Shown one piece after another: positions 8,821 through 16,728 of a stretch of 64,000 nt of DNA. The notes below the pieces were generated by a model. It did no database searches. It had not been told where the DNA came from and was given only the letters and a program-made list of their open reading frames with translations. The position numbers were made by a program, and so were the translations under genes. Source of the stretch: Candidatus Omnitrophota bacterium (GTDB taxonomy: Bacteria; Omnitrophota; Gorgyraeia; Zapsychrales; Fredricksoniimonadaceae); the NCBI GenBank assembly GCA_043742785.1, contig JAYTXU010000048.1, positions 8,951-72,950 of the forward strand. Reading direction: 5' to 3'. The first letter of the stretch is position 1. Each line of letters begins with the position of its first letter.

Positions 8821-9570
8821 CTATTTTTGTTCTTCGCTAGGAACCTGTACTGTTGTATGCATGGTTAAAAAAATAATAGTCTCTGTCTTCTGCATTAGCT
8901 TGCCTTGCTTACGAAACACCAAGCCTACTAAAGGCAAATCTCCTAAGAGAGGAATTTTACGCGTTTTCTTAATTTCTTCTTCATGCATAAGCCCACCTAT
9001 AACAATCGTCGAATTATCCTTTAAATCAACCTCTGTTTGATTCTTGAGAGTCACAATCATATTAGGTTGAGTGTTGTTTTTTAAAATACCACCTACAATA
9101 GGATCAATTTTTAATTTTTCCATCCCAGCAGGAGAATTAAACCACATCAAATTCAAATTAATAGAAGGCAAGCTATTAGGATCAAAAGAAATATCAAAAA
9201 CCTTTGATTCCTCCTTATTTAAAATAAAAATAGAGAAATCTTTTTGACTAAACCGTCCTACAGTATCAAGAGCATCTAACAAAACCGCATAATCTTCACT
9301 GGAAACCTCCCCCACGCTTAAATTAAACTTCTTATCCTCCCATGACGGATCGCTGTCTTTTCTTAATTGCAGACTATGAAAATCTGAAACAATAGCCTCC
9401 CAATCAACCCCTTGACGATGTTCATCGTTAAGAACAATTTGCACAACCTTGGCTTCCAATCTTACCTTAGATGCTGTTGGTGAAATTGAAGGCACTGGCG
9501 AATCTTCTGCCCAAAGACAAGGGCTTACACAAAAAACTAAAGTGAAGATTAAAATAAAACGCATGACCAT
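8821..9570 (-). CDS. minimal secretin-domain protein (secretin C-domain only)
   Basis: Start taken at MVMRFILIFTLVFCVSPCLWA (signal peptide). The domain opens with VRLEAKVVQIVLNDEHRQGVDW. The C-terminal KIPLLGDLPLVGLVFRKQGKLMQKTETIIFLT matches the conserved secretin tail, and no N0/N1 domains are present. Confidence 0.6.
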   Translation of the reverse strand: MVMRFILIFTLVFCVSPCLWAEDSPVPSISPTASKVRLEAKVVQIVLNDEHRQGVDWEAIVSDFHSLQLRKDSDPSWEDKKFNLSVGEVSSEDYAVLLDALDTVGRFSQKDFSIFILNKEESKVFDISFDPNSLPSINLNLMWFNSPAGMEKLKIDPIVGGILKNNTQPNMIVTLKNQTEVDLKDNSTIVIGGLMHEEEIKKTRKIPLLGDLPLVGLVFRKQGKLMQKTETIIFLTMHTTVQVPSEEQK

Positions 9571-9577
9571 TAGAATA

Positions 9578-10411
9578 TTAAACTTTCTGCCATTTCGCAA
9601 TGAAAAATCCTTCCATTCGTCCATCAGGTATTATCCGCATTTGTGAGCAAAGCCTTAAACCCTCTGCCTTACGTGCCAACCATTCTAGAACTTCTTCATT
9701 TTCTTCATAAGCAAAGGTACATGTACTATACACTAAAATCCCGCCAGGCCTAATTAAACGACTGGCATTGAGTAAAAGTCCTTTTTGTTTATGCGCCATT
9801 TCTTTAATTTTACGCAACGACCAATAGGCATACGTTTTCGGATTGTCCTCTTTAAATCTTCCCTCCGAAGAGCAGGGAGCATCAACAAGCACCCTATCAA
9901 AAAGCTCATCTCTAACTTTATAAATTCGACCATCGATCATGGTCAATTTGGCCACAGCACCCGTTAAACTCAAGACCGCTTTAAGCCTAAAAAATCTTGA
10001 ACGGACAGGTTCATTAGCCACTAAAAGTCCTTGATTGTTCATATGCATCGCAATTTGGCTGGTCTTACTTCCTGGAGCCGCACATAAATCTAATATTCGC
10101 TCCCCTGGCTTAGGATCTAATTCTACAACTGAGCGCATACTTTCTAACCCTTGAATATAAAGAAGTCCTTCCACCACTAAAGATGACTCTTTAACCGCCC
10201 CAGCTTGTGCTGCAGGAACACTAAAAGCATAAGGATACCAATCCACCTTCTCAAAGGAAATTCCTAAATTTCTTAACTGCCTATGAATATCTTCCACCGA
10301 TGCCTTAAGCGTATTCACACGAAAATAAGTGTATTGAGATGGCTTGCCAAAAAACTCTAAAGCCTCTGGCGACAAAGTTTTCTGTATTCGATTTAAAAAT
10401 ATGGGATCCAT
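9578..10411 (-). CDS. RsmB/RsmF-family RNA cytosine-C5 methyltransferase
   Basis: 277 aa with the SAM motif DLCAAPGSKT and the catalytic motifs DAPCSSEG and YSTCT. Confidence 0.85.
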   Translation of the reverse strand: MDPIFLNRIQKTLSPEALEFFGKPSQYTYFRVNTLKASVEDIHRQLRNLGISFEKVDWYPYAFSVPAAQAGAVKESSLVVEGLLYIQGLESMRSVVELDPKPGERILDLCAAPGSKTSQIAMHMNNQGLLVANEPVRSRFFRLKAVLSLTGAVAKLTMIDGRIYKVRDELFDRVLVDAPCSSEGRFKEDNPKTYAYWSLRKIKEMAHKQKGLLLNASRLIRPGGILVYSTCTFAYEENEEVLEWLARKAEGLRLCSQMRIIPDGRMEGFFIAKWQKV

Positions 10412-10501
10412 AACTTTTGAAAATATACCACAAACTTGCTAAGGAGAGGGTAATAATGTATACTTTCATTGTATTCAACGTATTTTGCAATATAAAAAAT
10501 T

Positions 10502-13500
10502 ATGCTTAAAAATAAGGGTCAATCTATTTTTGAATACACCGCTATGGCGATGCTTATCATTGTAGGCGTCATTGTCATGGGACCCTATATTACACGTTCT
10601 TTAGGTGCTCACTTTAAACTTTGGCAAGAATCTGTAGATGATTCTGTCAATGACCGTATGCAAAGCGTTCCAATCAACATCACCCCGGACTGCGTCTGCT
10701 CGGGAGATATTCAAGGTGGCTGCGGCGGCCATTTTCAACGTGAAAATAAAACCTGTGCCCCTAATGAACGTTATCACTCTACTAAATGCAGTCCCCCTGC
10801 TTGCGGATTTGGAGAAGACTTTACTGAAGGATGTACCCCAGATGTTAGTTGTTGTGAAATCTATAATGCCTGTTCTCTCACCACTCCTTTAGCTTCCTGT
10901 TGTGGAACAACACCTTTTCCTGTTCCTGCAGACCCAACAAGAACCAACCCTGATGCTCAAGGATTTCCTCCCATCCCGGGTGCTGATCCTAATTCTCCAG
11001 CAAGTTCTTGTTATTCTGGAGAAGAACTTCTTTACAATCAATGTGATACAACAATAGTCCGTTGTAAACCTAATGCTCAATGCAAGGCCATGTGTACTGG
11101 CAATCTTCCTCATAACCAAAGCGGCGATCTGACAGCAAACCTTTGTCCAGGAGCTGATCAAGGTTTAACTAAAGATACGCCCATTACACTTATAGGAGGG
11201 TGTTCTGTTCCTATATCTACTTGTCCTAAAATAACAGCGCCATCTATTAAAATTCCACAACTATTATCTAGCGGACGGGCCAATCTAACAAAAGTTGCGC
11301 CTTTTTTACTCCCCTTATGCCCAGGAGGTGATAATGGAATTTATCCCACTCAGGCTAATGCTGATCAATTTTGTAAACAGTACTTTAATGCTCCTGATGC
11401 CCAAGCTACAACTTGGCATGGATTTAATTATGATTCTTGTGGAGATAACCCACAAAAAAAAGGAAATGGATCCAGCTGGACATGCACTGTCAATGGTTGC
11501 ACACAAGTAAATAGAGTGCAGTCTATAAAGGATATAACCTGTACCTACTCCAAGTGTTCAACACCCTATACCCTCGTTACTCCCCTCTGTTCAGGGAGTG
11601 AAACAGTTTCCTGTAACAGTGGAGACTCTTTATTTGGCTCTTTAGACACAGGTACAGGGAACAATCATACCATTGCTGTTGATGGCAATACCTGTACAGC
11701 CAGTGAAGGAAATAATAATAATGGTGTCTGTGGTTGTCAAATCACCTGCTCATCTCCTTTTTTAATCACAAAGAAATCTGACTGGAAGGCTCATACCGCT
11801 GTCGGATATGCTTCATCTTATATTTATCTTTCCACACTACCTCCGCAACAATATACCGTTGCAGGACAAGCATTCTCTGTATATGATCCAATCAAGTCAT
11901 ACAGAAATGGTGGAGCCACAGCCATAACAAACCTTAATGCCAACTATCAAACCATTATCCCTTCACTACCTGAAACGCTCATAAAAAACCAAAGTGGGTC
12001 ACGCATAATATTCAATTATGCACAATTAGCTAGTGAATCTCTCGCAACACAACAAGAATTTATTAATAACCTAAAAACCGGTAGTCATGTTATTGCAAAC
12101 CGCTATCTCTGCACTACCAACACCGTAGATGCCCCCGATTGTCATGTCAATAATCGTGGAGCAGATATGCCTGCGTTTGAAATAGACGGACTTTTATATG
12201 ATACCATTCATGATAGCGATACTTATGTCCAATTCGCTGAAGCAGAAACTATAGGGCAATATACCTTATGGGTTGACGGTTGCACAACCTTTAGCACACC
12301 TGGATCAACCAACTGGACAGTTCCTGCTGGAGTAACAAATGCTACTGTTGAAGTTTGGGGCGCTGGCGGCGGTGGTGGTGGTTGGTACGGAGACATTACT
12401 AGCGGTGGTGGTGGTGGTGGTGGTGGTGGTTATTCAAAAGGAACTCTTTCTCTAACCGGCGGAACCACCTACAACATTGTAATAGGCGCTGGAGGACATG
12501 GAGGAGATGCTGTTGCGCCAAGTGATGGTGGAACCAGTTCTTTTAGCCTATCATCCCCCCTACTTCAGGCTAGCGGTGGTCACCATGGTGATTATCAAAG
12601 CTTTGCTATTGGTGATTTTCTTGGAGGTGCTGGTGGTGCAGCTAGTGTAGATAATGCTGTTAGCAATCCTTTTTCCTTATCTGGCTCTCGAGGCAATGAT
12701 GGGATATACGCATGGGGAAATGGCGGTGATGGTGGTAAGGCTGGAGGTTCTGATGGAGGTATTGGCGGAACAGGTGGGCCAGGAGGTGATTTTAATAATG
12801 TTGCTCATGGCGCATACGGTTCTGGTAGTGATGGAACAGCTCCCGGTGGCGGTGGTGGTGGCGGTGGCGGTGATGCAGACATAGGTGGATTAGGTGGCTT
12901 TGGCGCCAATGGAATGGTTAAAATTTGTCCTATTGAAACTCCTGCTCCCTGTACAAACACCTGTCCAGACTATGCTACTGACCCCACAGCGACTAAATGC
13001 GTAGCCAAATGTAACGATGGATATGAAGTAAAAACTGACCTTTCTGGTATTACTTATTGTGCTCCAAGTACTCCAAATGGATGCAATGCTACACCGATAA
13101 CAGCACTAGTGTATCTTTGCGATGACGATTATTACAGTACAGCGTCAGCTTTAGCATCCTTCGGTCATCAATGCATAAGGCCCTCTGACAACGGCGGTAC
13201 TGTGTGCACTTTTGAAGGTAGTCTTTTAGGGAAAGGTGATACAGGAGATACCTGTCCTAATCTTCATAATTTCCCTGTTCCTGTCCAAATAAATGATATC
13301 GTAACCTTAATCAATGGTCTTCAAAATGGTAAGGGAACAGTCATTTTCCGTACCATCAATACCAATATATCTTGTGATATAGCAGCAGGTGAAATTTCTA
13401 TTTCTCTTTCAAAAGGTGTTTTTTCAGGTACTACTGATAGATATAACAGCGCAACACACTCGTTTATAGCCCCATCTAATGGATATCTTATTAATTGTGC

Positions 13501-13990
13501 CTATGATGATAATATCGCAACGACCGTCACTCGCCCAGCTAACTGTAATCCTTCCATCCAATGCAATTACTCTGGAACTTATTATGGTACGATCTACTCT
13601 TCTACTTGTGTTAATAATACACTATCAATAACGTGCTTAAATAATATGGTTAAAGGTTTTTGTGTGGGCTCTTCAGGGACCAGAGGTACCGTTGCAACAG
13701 AAGACTGCACAGGATGTAATTGGTCAGGCAATCGTTACTTTAATACCGATAGGGATACTAATAATTTTACTATGAATTGTTCAAACAATGCAGTCCAAGG
13801 CTTTTGGGCTGGAGATCATCATTCAGATCCACCCGTCACAGGTTGTAACTGGTCAGGTGATCAAGTATTCAGCGATTGTGGTGATGGTAATGATATCTAC
13901 ATAACCTGTACAAACGGAACTATTACGAAAATGAATATGTCTGGGACTGGAAGAAATGGTTGTCAATGGGGTCCTGCTTATTGTGCATGA
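10502..13990 (+). CDS. giant Cys-rich surface protein with Flp/TadE-like prepilin leader, polyglycine (Gly_rich) domain and C-terminal CN[WY]SG repeats
   Basis: 1162-aa ORF. The N-terminus MLKNKG|QSIFEYTAMAMLIIVGVIVMG has Gly at -1 and Glu-Tyr at +5/+6. It has dozens of Cys and the segment WTVPAGVTNATVEVWGAGGGGGG. Confidence 0.75.
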   Translation: MLKNKGQSIFEYTAMAMLIIVGVIVMGPYITRSLGAHFKLWQESVDDSVNDRMQSVPINITPDCVCSGDIQGGCGGHFQRENKTCAPNERYHSTKCSPPACGFGEDFTEGCTPDVSCCEIYNACSLTTPLASCCGTTPFPVPADPTRTNPDAQGFPPIPGADPNSPASSCYSGEELLYNQCDTTIVRCKPNAQCKAMCTGNLPHNQSGDLTANLCPGADQGLTKDTPITLIGGCSVPISTCPKITAPSIKIPQLLSSGRANLTKVAPFLLPLCPGGDNGIYPTQANADQFCKQYFNAPDAQATTWHGFNYDSCGDNPQKKGNGSSWTCTVNGCTQVNRVQSIKDITCTYSKCSTPYTLVTPLCSGSETVSCNSGDSLFGSLDTGTGNNHTIAVDGNTCTASEGNNNNGVCGCQITCSSPFLITKKSDWKAHTAVGYASSYIYLSTLPPQQYTVAGQAFSVYDPIKSYRNGGATAITNLNANYQTIIPSLPETLIKNQSGSRIIFNYAQLASESLATQQEFINNLKTGSHVIANRYLCTTNTVDAPDCHVNNRGADMPAFEIDGLLYDTIHDSDTYVQFAEAETIGQYTLWVDGCTTFSTPGSTNWTVPAGVTNATVEVWGAGGGGGGWYGDITSGGGGGGGGGYSKGTLSLTGGTTYNIVIGAGGHGGDAVAPSDGGTSSFSLSSPLLQASGGHHGDYQSFAIGDFLGGAGGAASVDNAVSNPFSLSGSRGNDGIYAWGNGGDGGKAGGSDGGIGGTGGPGGDFNNVAHGAYGSGSDGTAPGGGGGGGGGDADIGGLGGFGANGMVKICPIETPAPCTNTCPDYATDPTATKCVAKCNDGYEVKTDLSGITYCAPSTPNGCNATPITALVYLCDDDYYSTASALASFGHQCIRPSDNGGTVCTFEGSLLGKGDTGDTCPNLHNFPVPVQINDIVTLINGLQNGKGTVIFRTINTNISCDIAAGEISISLSKGVFSGTTDRYNSATHSFIAPSNGYLINCAYDDNIATTVTRPANCNPSIQCNYSGTYYGTIYSSTCVNNTLSITCLNNMVKGFCVGSSGTRGTVATEDCTGCNWSGNRYFNTDRDTNNFTMNCSNNAVQGFWAGDHHSDPPVTGCNWSGDQVFSDCGDGNDIYITCTNGTITKMNMSGTGRNGCQWGPAYCA
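12404..12430 (+). repeat. perfect (GGT)9 microsatellite inside the giant gene (encodes Gly9)
   Basis: Nine consecutive in-frame GGT codons read directly from the sequence. Confidence 0.95.
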
Positions 13991-14000
13991 TAATTAGGAT

Positions 14001-14021
14001 AATTAGGGACAGACACTAATT
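14001..14021. repeat. left terminal inverted repeat, self-folding (AATTAG-9 nt-CTAATT)
   Basis: Exact reverse complement of 14818..14838. It overlaps the last codons of the transposase ORF. Confidence 0.9.
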
Positions 14022-14695
14022 CTAATTTCCTTTCGTGGTCGGCCTCTTTTTTTATCTTTTAAACTGTAGCCTACTTCTTGTTCTAAATCAGCTATGAAAT
14101 TTTCTGTACCGATGGGGGCACATTTCAAAACACTTCTTCTAAAGTTTTTTGTCATTTGTGGATCATCTTTTTCTAAATAGTCTTTCCAATTTTTTTCGTA
14201 AGCTAGATGTAAGATTGTATCGAAATCGGCTGTTTTTATAATGGGCTTTTTCTCCAATCCTAGATGCTCTCTGGCACTAGACCAAATATATTTACTCAAA
14301 TCGTTCACCATCCCCGCTCGCAGAGGATTCCTTTCGACATAACGGATGGCTCTTAAAAGATGAGTTTCATCCAGCACGTTAGAATAAAACCGGCCTTGCC
14401 AAAGATGACCAGTCTTTGATTGGGTACGGTTTTTATAAAGACTATATTGCATATGGACTATTTTGAATAATTGCGCTAATCCAAAAGAGGTTGTAGGGAT
14501 AACAATAAAATGAACGTGATTATCCATGAGGCAATAGGCTAGGATTCTTACATCATATTTTTGGGAGTACTCCAGCATCCAATAAGAATATTTTTTGAAA
14601 TCACGGGAATCATCAAAGACTTTCTGACGATAATTACCACGTTGAGTAACATGATGTGGAAGACCGGGAATTACTAATCGTGGCTGTCTAGGCAT
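14003..14695 (-). CDS. REP-associated tyrosine transposase (RAYT) / IS200-like Y1 HUH transposase
   Basis: 230 aa with GLPHHVTQRGN, the HUH motif DNHVHFIV, and a catalytic Tyr region AIRYVERNPLRAGM. Confidence 0.85.
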   Translation of the reverse strand: MPRQPRLVIPGLPHHVTQRGNYRQKVFDDSRDFKKYSYWMLEYSQKYDVRILAYCLMDNHVHFIVIPTTSFGLAQLFKIVHMQYSLYKNRTQSKTGHLWQGRFYSNVLDETHLLRAIRYVERNPLRAGMVNDLSKYIWSSAREHLGLEKKPIIKTADFDTILHLAYEKNWKDYLEKDDPQMTKNFRRSVLKCAPIGTENFIADLEQEVGYSLKDKKRGRPRKEIRISVCP

Positions 14696-14698
14696 ATG

Positions 14699-14722
14699 AT
14701 CCCCTTTGAGTTTTTAGGGGAT
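14699..14722 (-). promoter_or_regulatory. stem-loop sequestering the transposase ribosome-binding site
   Basis: ATCCCCT-10 nt-AGGGGAT is a perfect 7-bp stem. On the mRNA strand the 3' arm contains the AAGGGGA Shine-Dalgarno, 3-6 nt from the ATG at 14695. Confidence 0.5.
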
Positions 14723-14817
14723 TTTACAGATGAATGCCATTGAGGAAATGGCCTTAGTTTTTATACTATCTTACTACCTAATGCTTGTCAAATTGTGTTG
14801 GAATTTGGGATGAGAGA

Positions 14818-14838
14818 AATTAGTGTCTGTCCCTAATT
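14818..14838. repeat. right terminal inverted repeat of the RAYT element
   Basis: Exact reverse complement of 14001..14021, ending 6 nt before the permease stop codon (14845-14847). Confidence 0.9.
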
Positions 14839-14844
14839 TAACTA

Positions 14845-16275
14845 TTATCTATTCAATCGGCTATGATGACGGCTATACAAGAAATAAATCACTAAACCAA
14901 TAGCCAGCCATACAATCAACCGCAACCACGTCTCGCTATTTAGCGAACACATCATCGCAAAGCACACAATAATTCCTAGGATTGGAAATATAGGTACGCA
15001 TGGACAACGAAAAGGCCGCGGGGCATTGGGTTGGGTAAAACGCAGAACAATCACTCCCCCGCAAACAATAATGAAAGCCATGAGGGTGCCGATCGAAGTC
15101 ATATGGCCTAATTGGGAAATGGGTAAAAGGCCGGCACAAAGACCAACAATAATCATAAAGATCAAATTGGATTTCCAAGGCGTCTTAAACTTAGGATGAA
15201 TATCAGAAAAAATCTTCGGCAATAACCCGTCCCGTGACATCGAATAAAAAACTCTTGATTGTCCTAGAAGCATCACCAAAATCACCGACGTAAATCCCAT
15301 AATAATCCCAAGCTTAATCATCATTTGAAGCCAGGGATACGGAGTCATATTAATTGCGGTGATGACAGGTGTTATCCCAGCGCCCATCTGCTTATAATTA
15401 ACCATCCCCGTTAAGACATAAGAAAAGGCTAAATAAAGAATCGTGCAGATAACAAGTGAACCTAAAATCCCTATGGGAATATCCCGAGAAGGCTTCTTAG
15501 ATTCTTGAGCCGCTGTCGACACCGAATCAAATCCGATGTAGGCAAAAAAGATGATCCCTGCCGCTCTCATGATCCCGCTTATACCAAATTCCCCAAATTT
15601 TCCGGTGTTAGGTGGAATAAACGGATGATGATTTTCTGGTTTAATATAATGCACGCCAACAGCAATAAACGTTATAACAACCGCCATTTTAATGACCACA
15701 ATGACCGCATTAACATTAGCCGATTCTTTAATACCCAGTATTAAAAGGATTGAAATACCAACAATAATGCCGACCGCGGGAATATTAATAATACCTGGCG
15801 TCGGATCAAAAGGACATGCCGTAAATTGAGACGGCAAGTTGATATTAAAGACCTTCAGGAATTCAGTGACATATCCTGACCACGCAACAGCAACGACAGC
15901 GGAAGCAACGGCATATTCTAAAATAAGGTCCCACCCAATAATCCAAGCAATAAACTCCCCCATCGTTGCGTAGGCATAGGTATAGGCGCTTCCAGCCACC
16001 GGAATCATGGAAGCTAATTCACTGTAACACATGCCGGCAAAGGCGCAGCCAATCCCAGCTACAACAAACGAAAGCACAACCGCAGGGCCGGCATTTTGAG
16101 CAGCCGCAATACCCGTTAGAGAAAAAAGACCTGCTCCAATAATAGCTCCAATCCCTAAGGCAATCAGACTTTTAGGACCTAACGTCTTCTTTAAAGTATG
16201 CTCTCCATCTTCAGATTCATTGACAATTCGATTAATGGGCTTACACACGAATAGATTCATCGGGTAACCTTTCAT
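14845..16275 (-). CDS. APC-family amino acid permease (cationic amino acid transporter-like)
   Basis: 476 aa, polytopic with about 12-14 hydrophobic helices, and a typical APC N-terminal segment LGPKSLIALGIGAIIGAGLF. Confidence 0.9.
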   Translation of the reverse strand: MKGYPMNLFVCKPINRIVNESEDGEHTLKKTLGPKSLIALGIGAIIGAGLFSLTGIAAAQNAGPAVVLSFVVAGIGCAFAGMCYSELASMIPVAGSAYTYAYATMGEFIAWIIGWDLILEYAVASAVVAVAWSGYVTEFLKVFNINLPSQFTACPFDPTPGIINIPAVGIIVGISILLILGIKESANVNAVIVVIKMAVVITFIAVGVHYIKPENHHPFIPPNTGKFGEFGISGIMRAAGIIFFAYIGFDSVSTAAQESKKPSRDIPIGILGSLVICTILYLAFSYVLTGMVNYKQMGAGITPVITAINMTPYPWLQMMIKLGIIMGFTSVILVMLLGQSRVFYSMSRDGLLPKIFSDIHPKFKTPWKSNLIFMIIVGLCAGLLPISQLGHMTSIGTLMAFIIVCGGVIVLRFTQPNAPRPFRCPCVPIFPILGIIVCFAMMCSLNSETWLRLIVWLAIGLVIYFLYSRHHSRLNR

Positions 16276-16350
16276 TGATGGGTTAGAACAATTAAATCAT
16301 TTCTATTGTATCTGTAGGAATTTGGTTGGGAATAGTAAAATGGAGAAGTT

Positions 16351-16728
16351 TTAAATCTGACTCAATCTTAAAACTTCTTGAATCTTAGCTACTAAATCAG
16401 GAGGATTAAAAGGTTTAAGTATCACGTGTTTAACCCTACACATTTTAAGCATCAGTACATGTTCTTTTTCAGTAAAATATCCTGTAATCGCAATAATAGG
16501 AATTGCTGAAGTCATATAAGAATTTTGCAATTCATTAGAAATCTGAAAACCATTCTTGGGTTTCATCCTTAAATCCAAAAGAACAATATCTGGCTTAAAT
16601 TGACAAGCCGTTTCAAAAGCTAATGCACTATTAGCAACCAATTCAACCTCATAACTGTAAGAAGATAACACATCTTTTAACTCCTCAAGCATTTGCACAT
16701 CATCATCAACAACCAAAATCTTGACCAT
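16351..16728 (-). CDS. stand-alone response-regulator receiver (CheY-like)
   Basis: Start moved to MVKILVVDD, which is preceded by AGGAGG. Receiver Asp pocket DD...DIVLLDLRMP and the conserved Lys are present. Confidence 0.85.
   Translation of the reverse strand: MVKILVVDDDVQMLEELKDVLSSYSYEVELVANSALAFETACQFKPDIVLLDLRMKPKNGFQISNELQNSYMTSAIPIIAITGYFTEKEHVLMLKMCRVKHVILKPFNPPDLVAKIQEVLRLSQI

Larger units (their letters stand above)
14001..14838 (-). mobile_element. RAYT/IS200-like element: Y1 (HUH) transposase gene bounded by perfect 21-bp inverted repeats
   Basis: AATTAGGGACAGACACTAATT at 14001..14021 is the exact reverse complement of 14818..14838. The element fills the short convergent gap between the giant gene and the permease gene. 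Confidence 0.8.

Noticed and set aside
10305-10490. 61-aa minus-strand ORF spanning the rsm-family gene start and the divergent promoter region.
   Set aside because: It overlaps the methyltransferase 5' end out of frame and runs through promoter-like AT-rich DNA. It has no motif and no Shine-Dalgarno.
12364-12871. Repetitive GGT/GGC tracts as a possible CRISPR array, satellite or assembly artefact.
   Set aside because: The repeats are in frame and encode Gly runs of a recognisable glycine-rich domain. There is no repeat-spacer periodicity. No CRISPR-like array was seen anywhere in the window.
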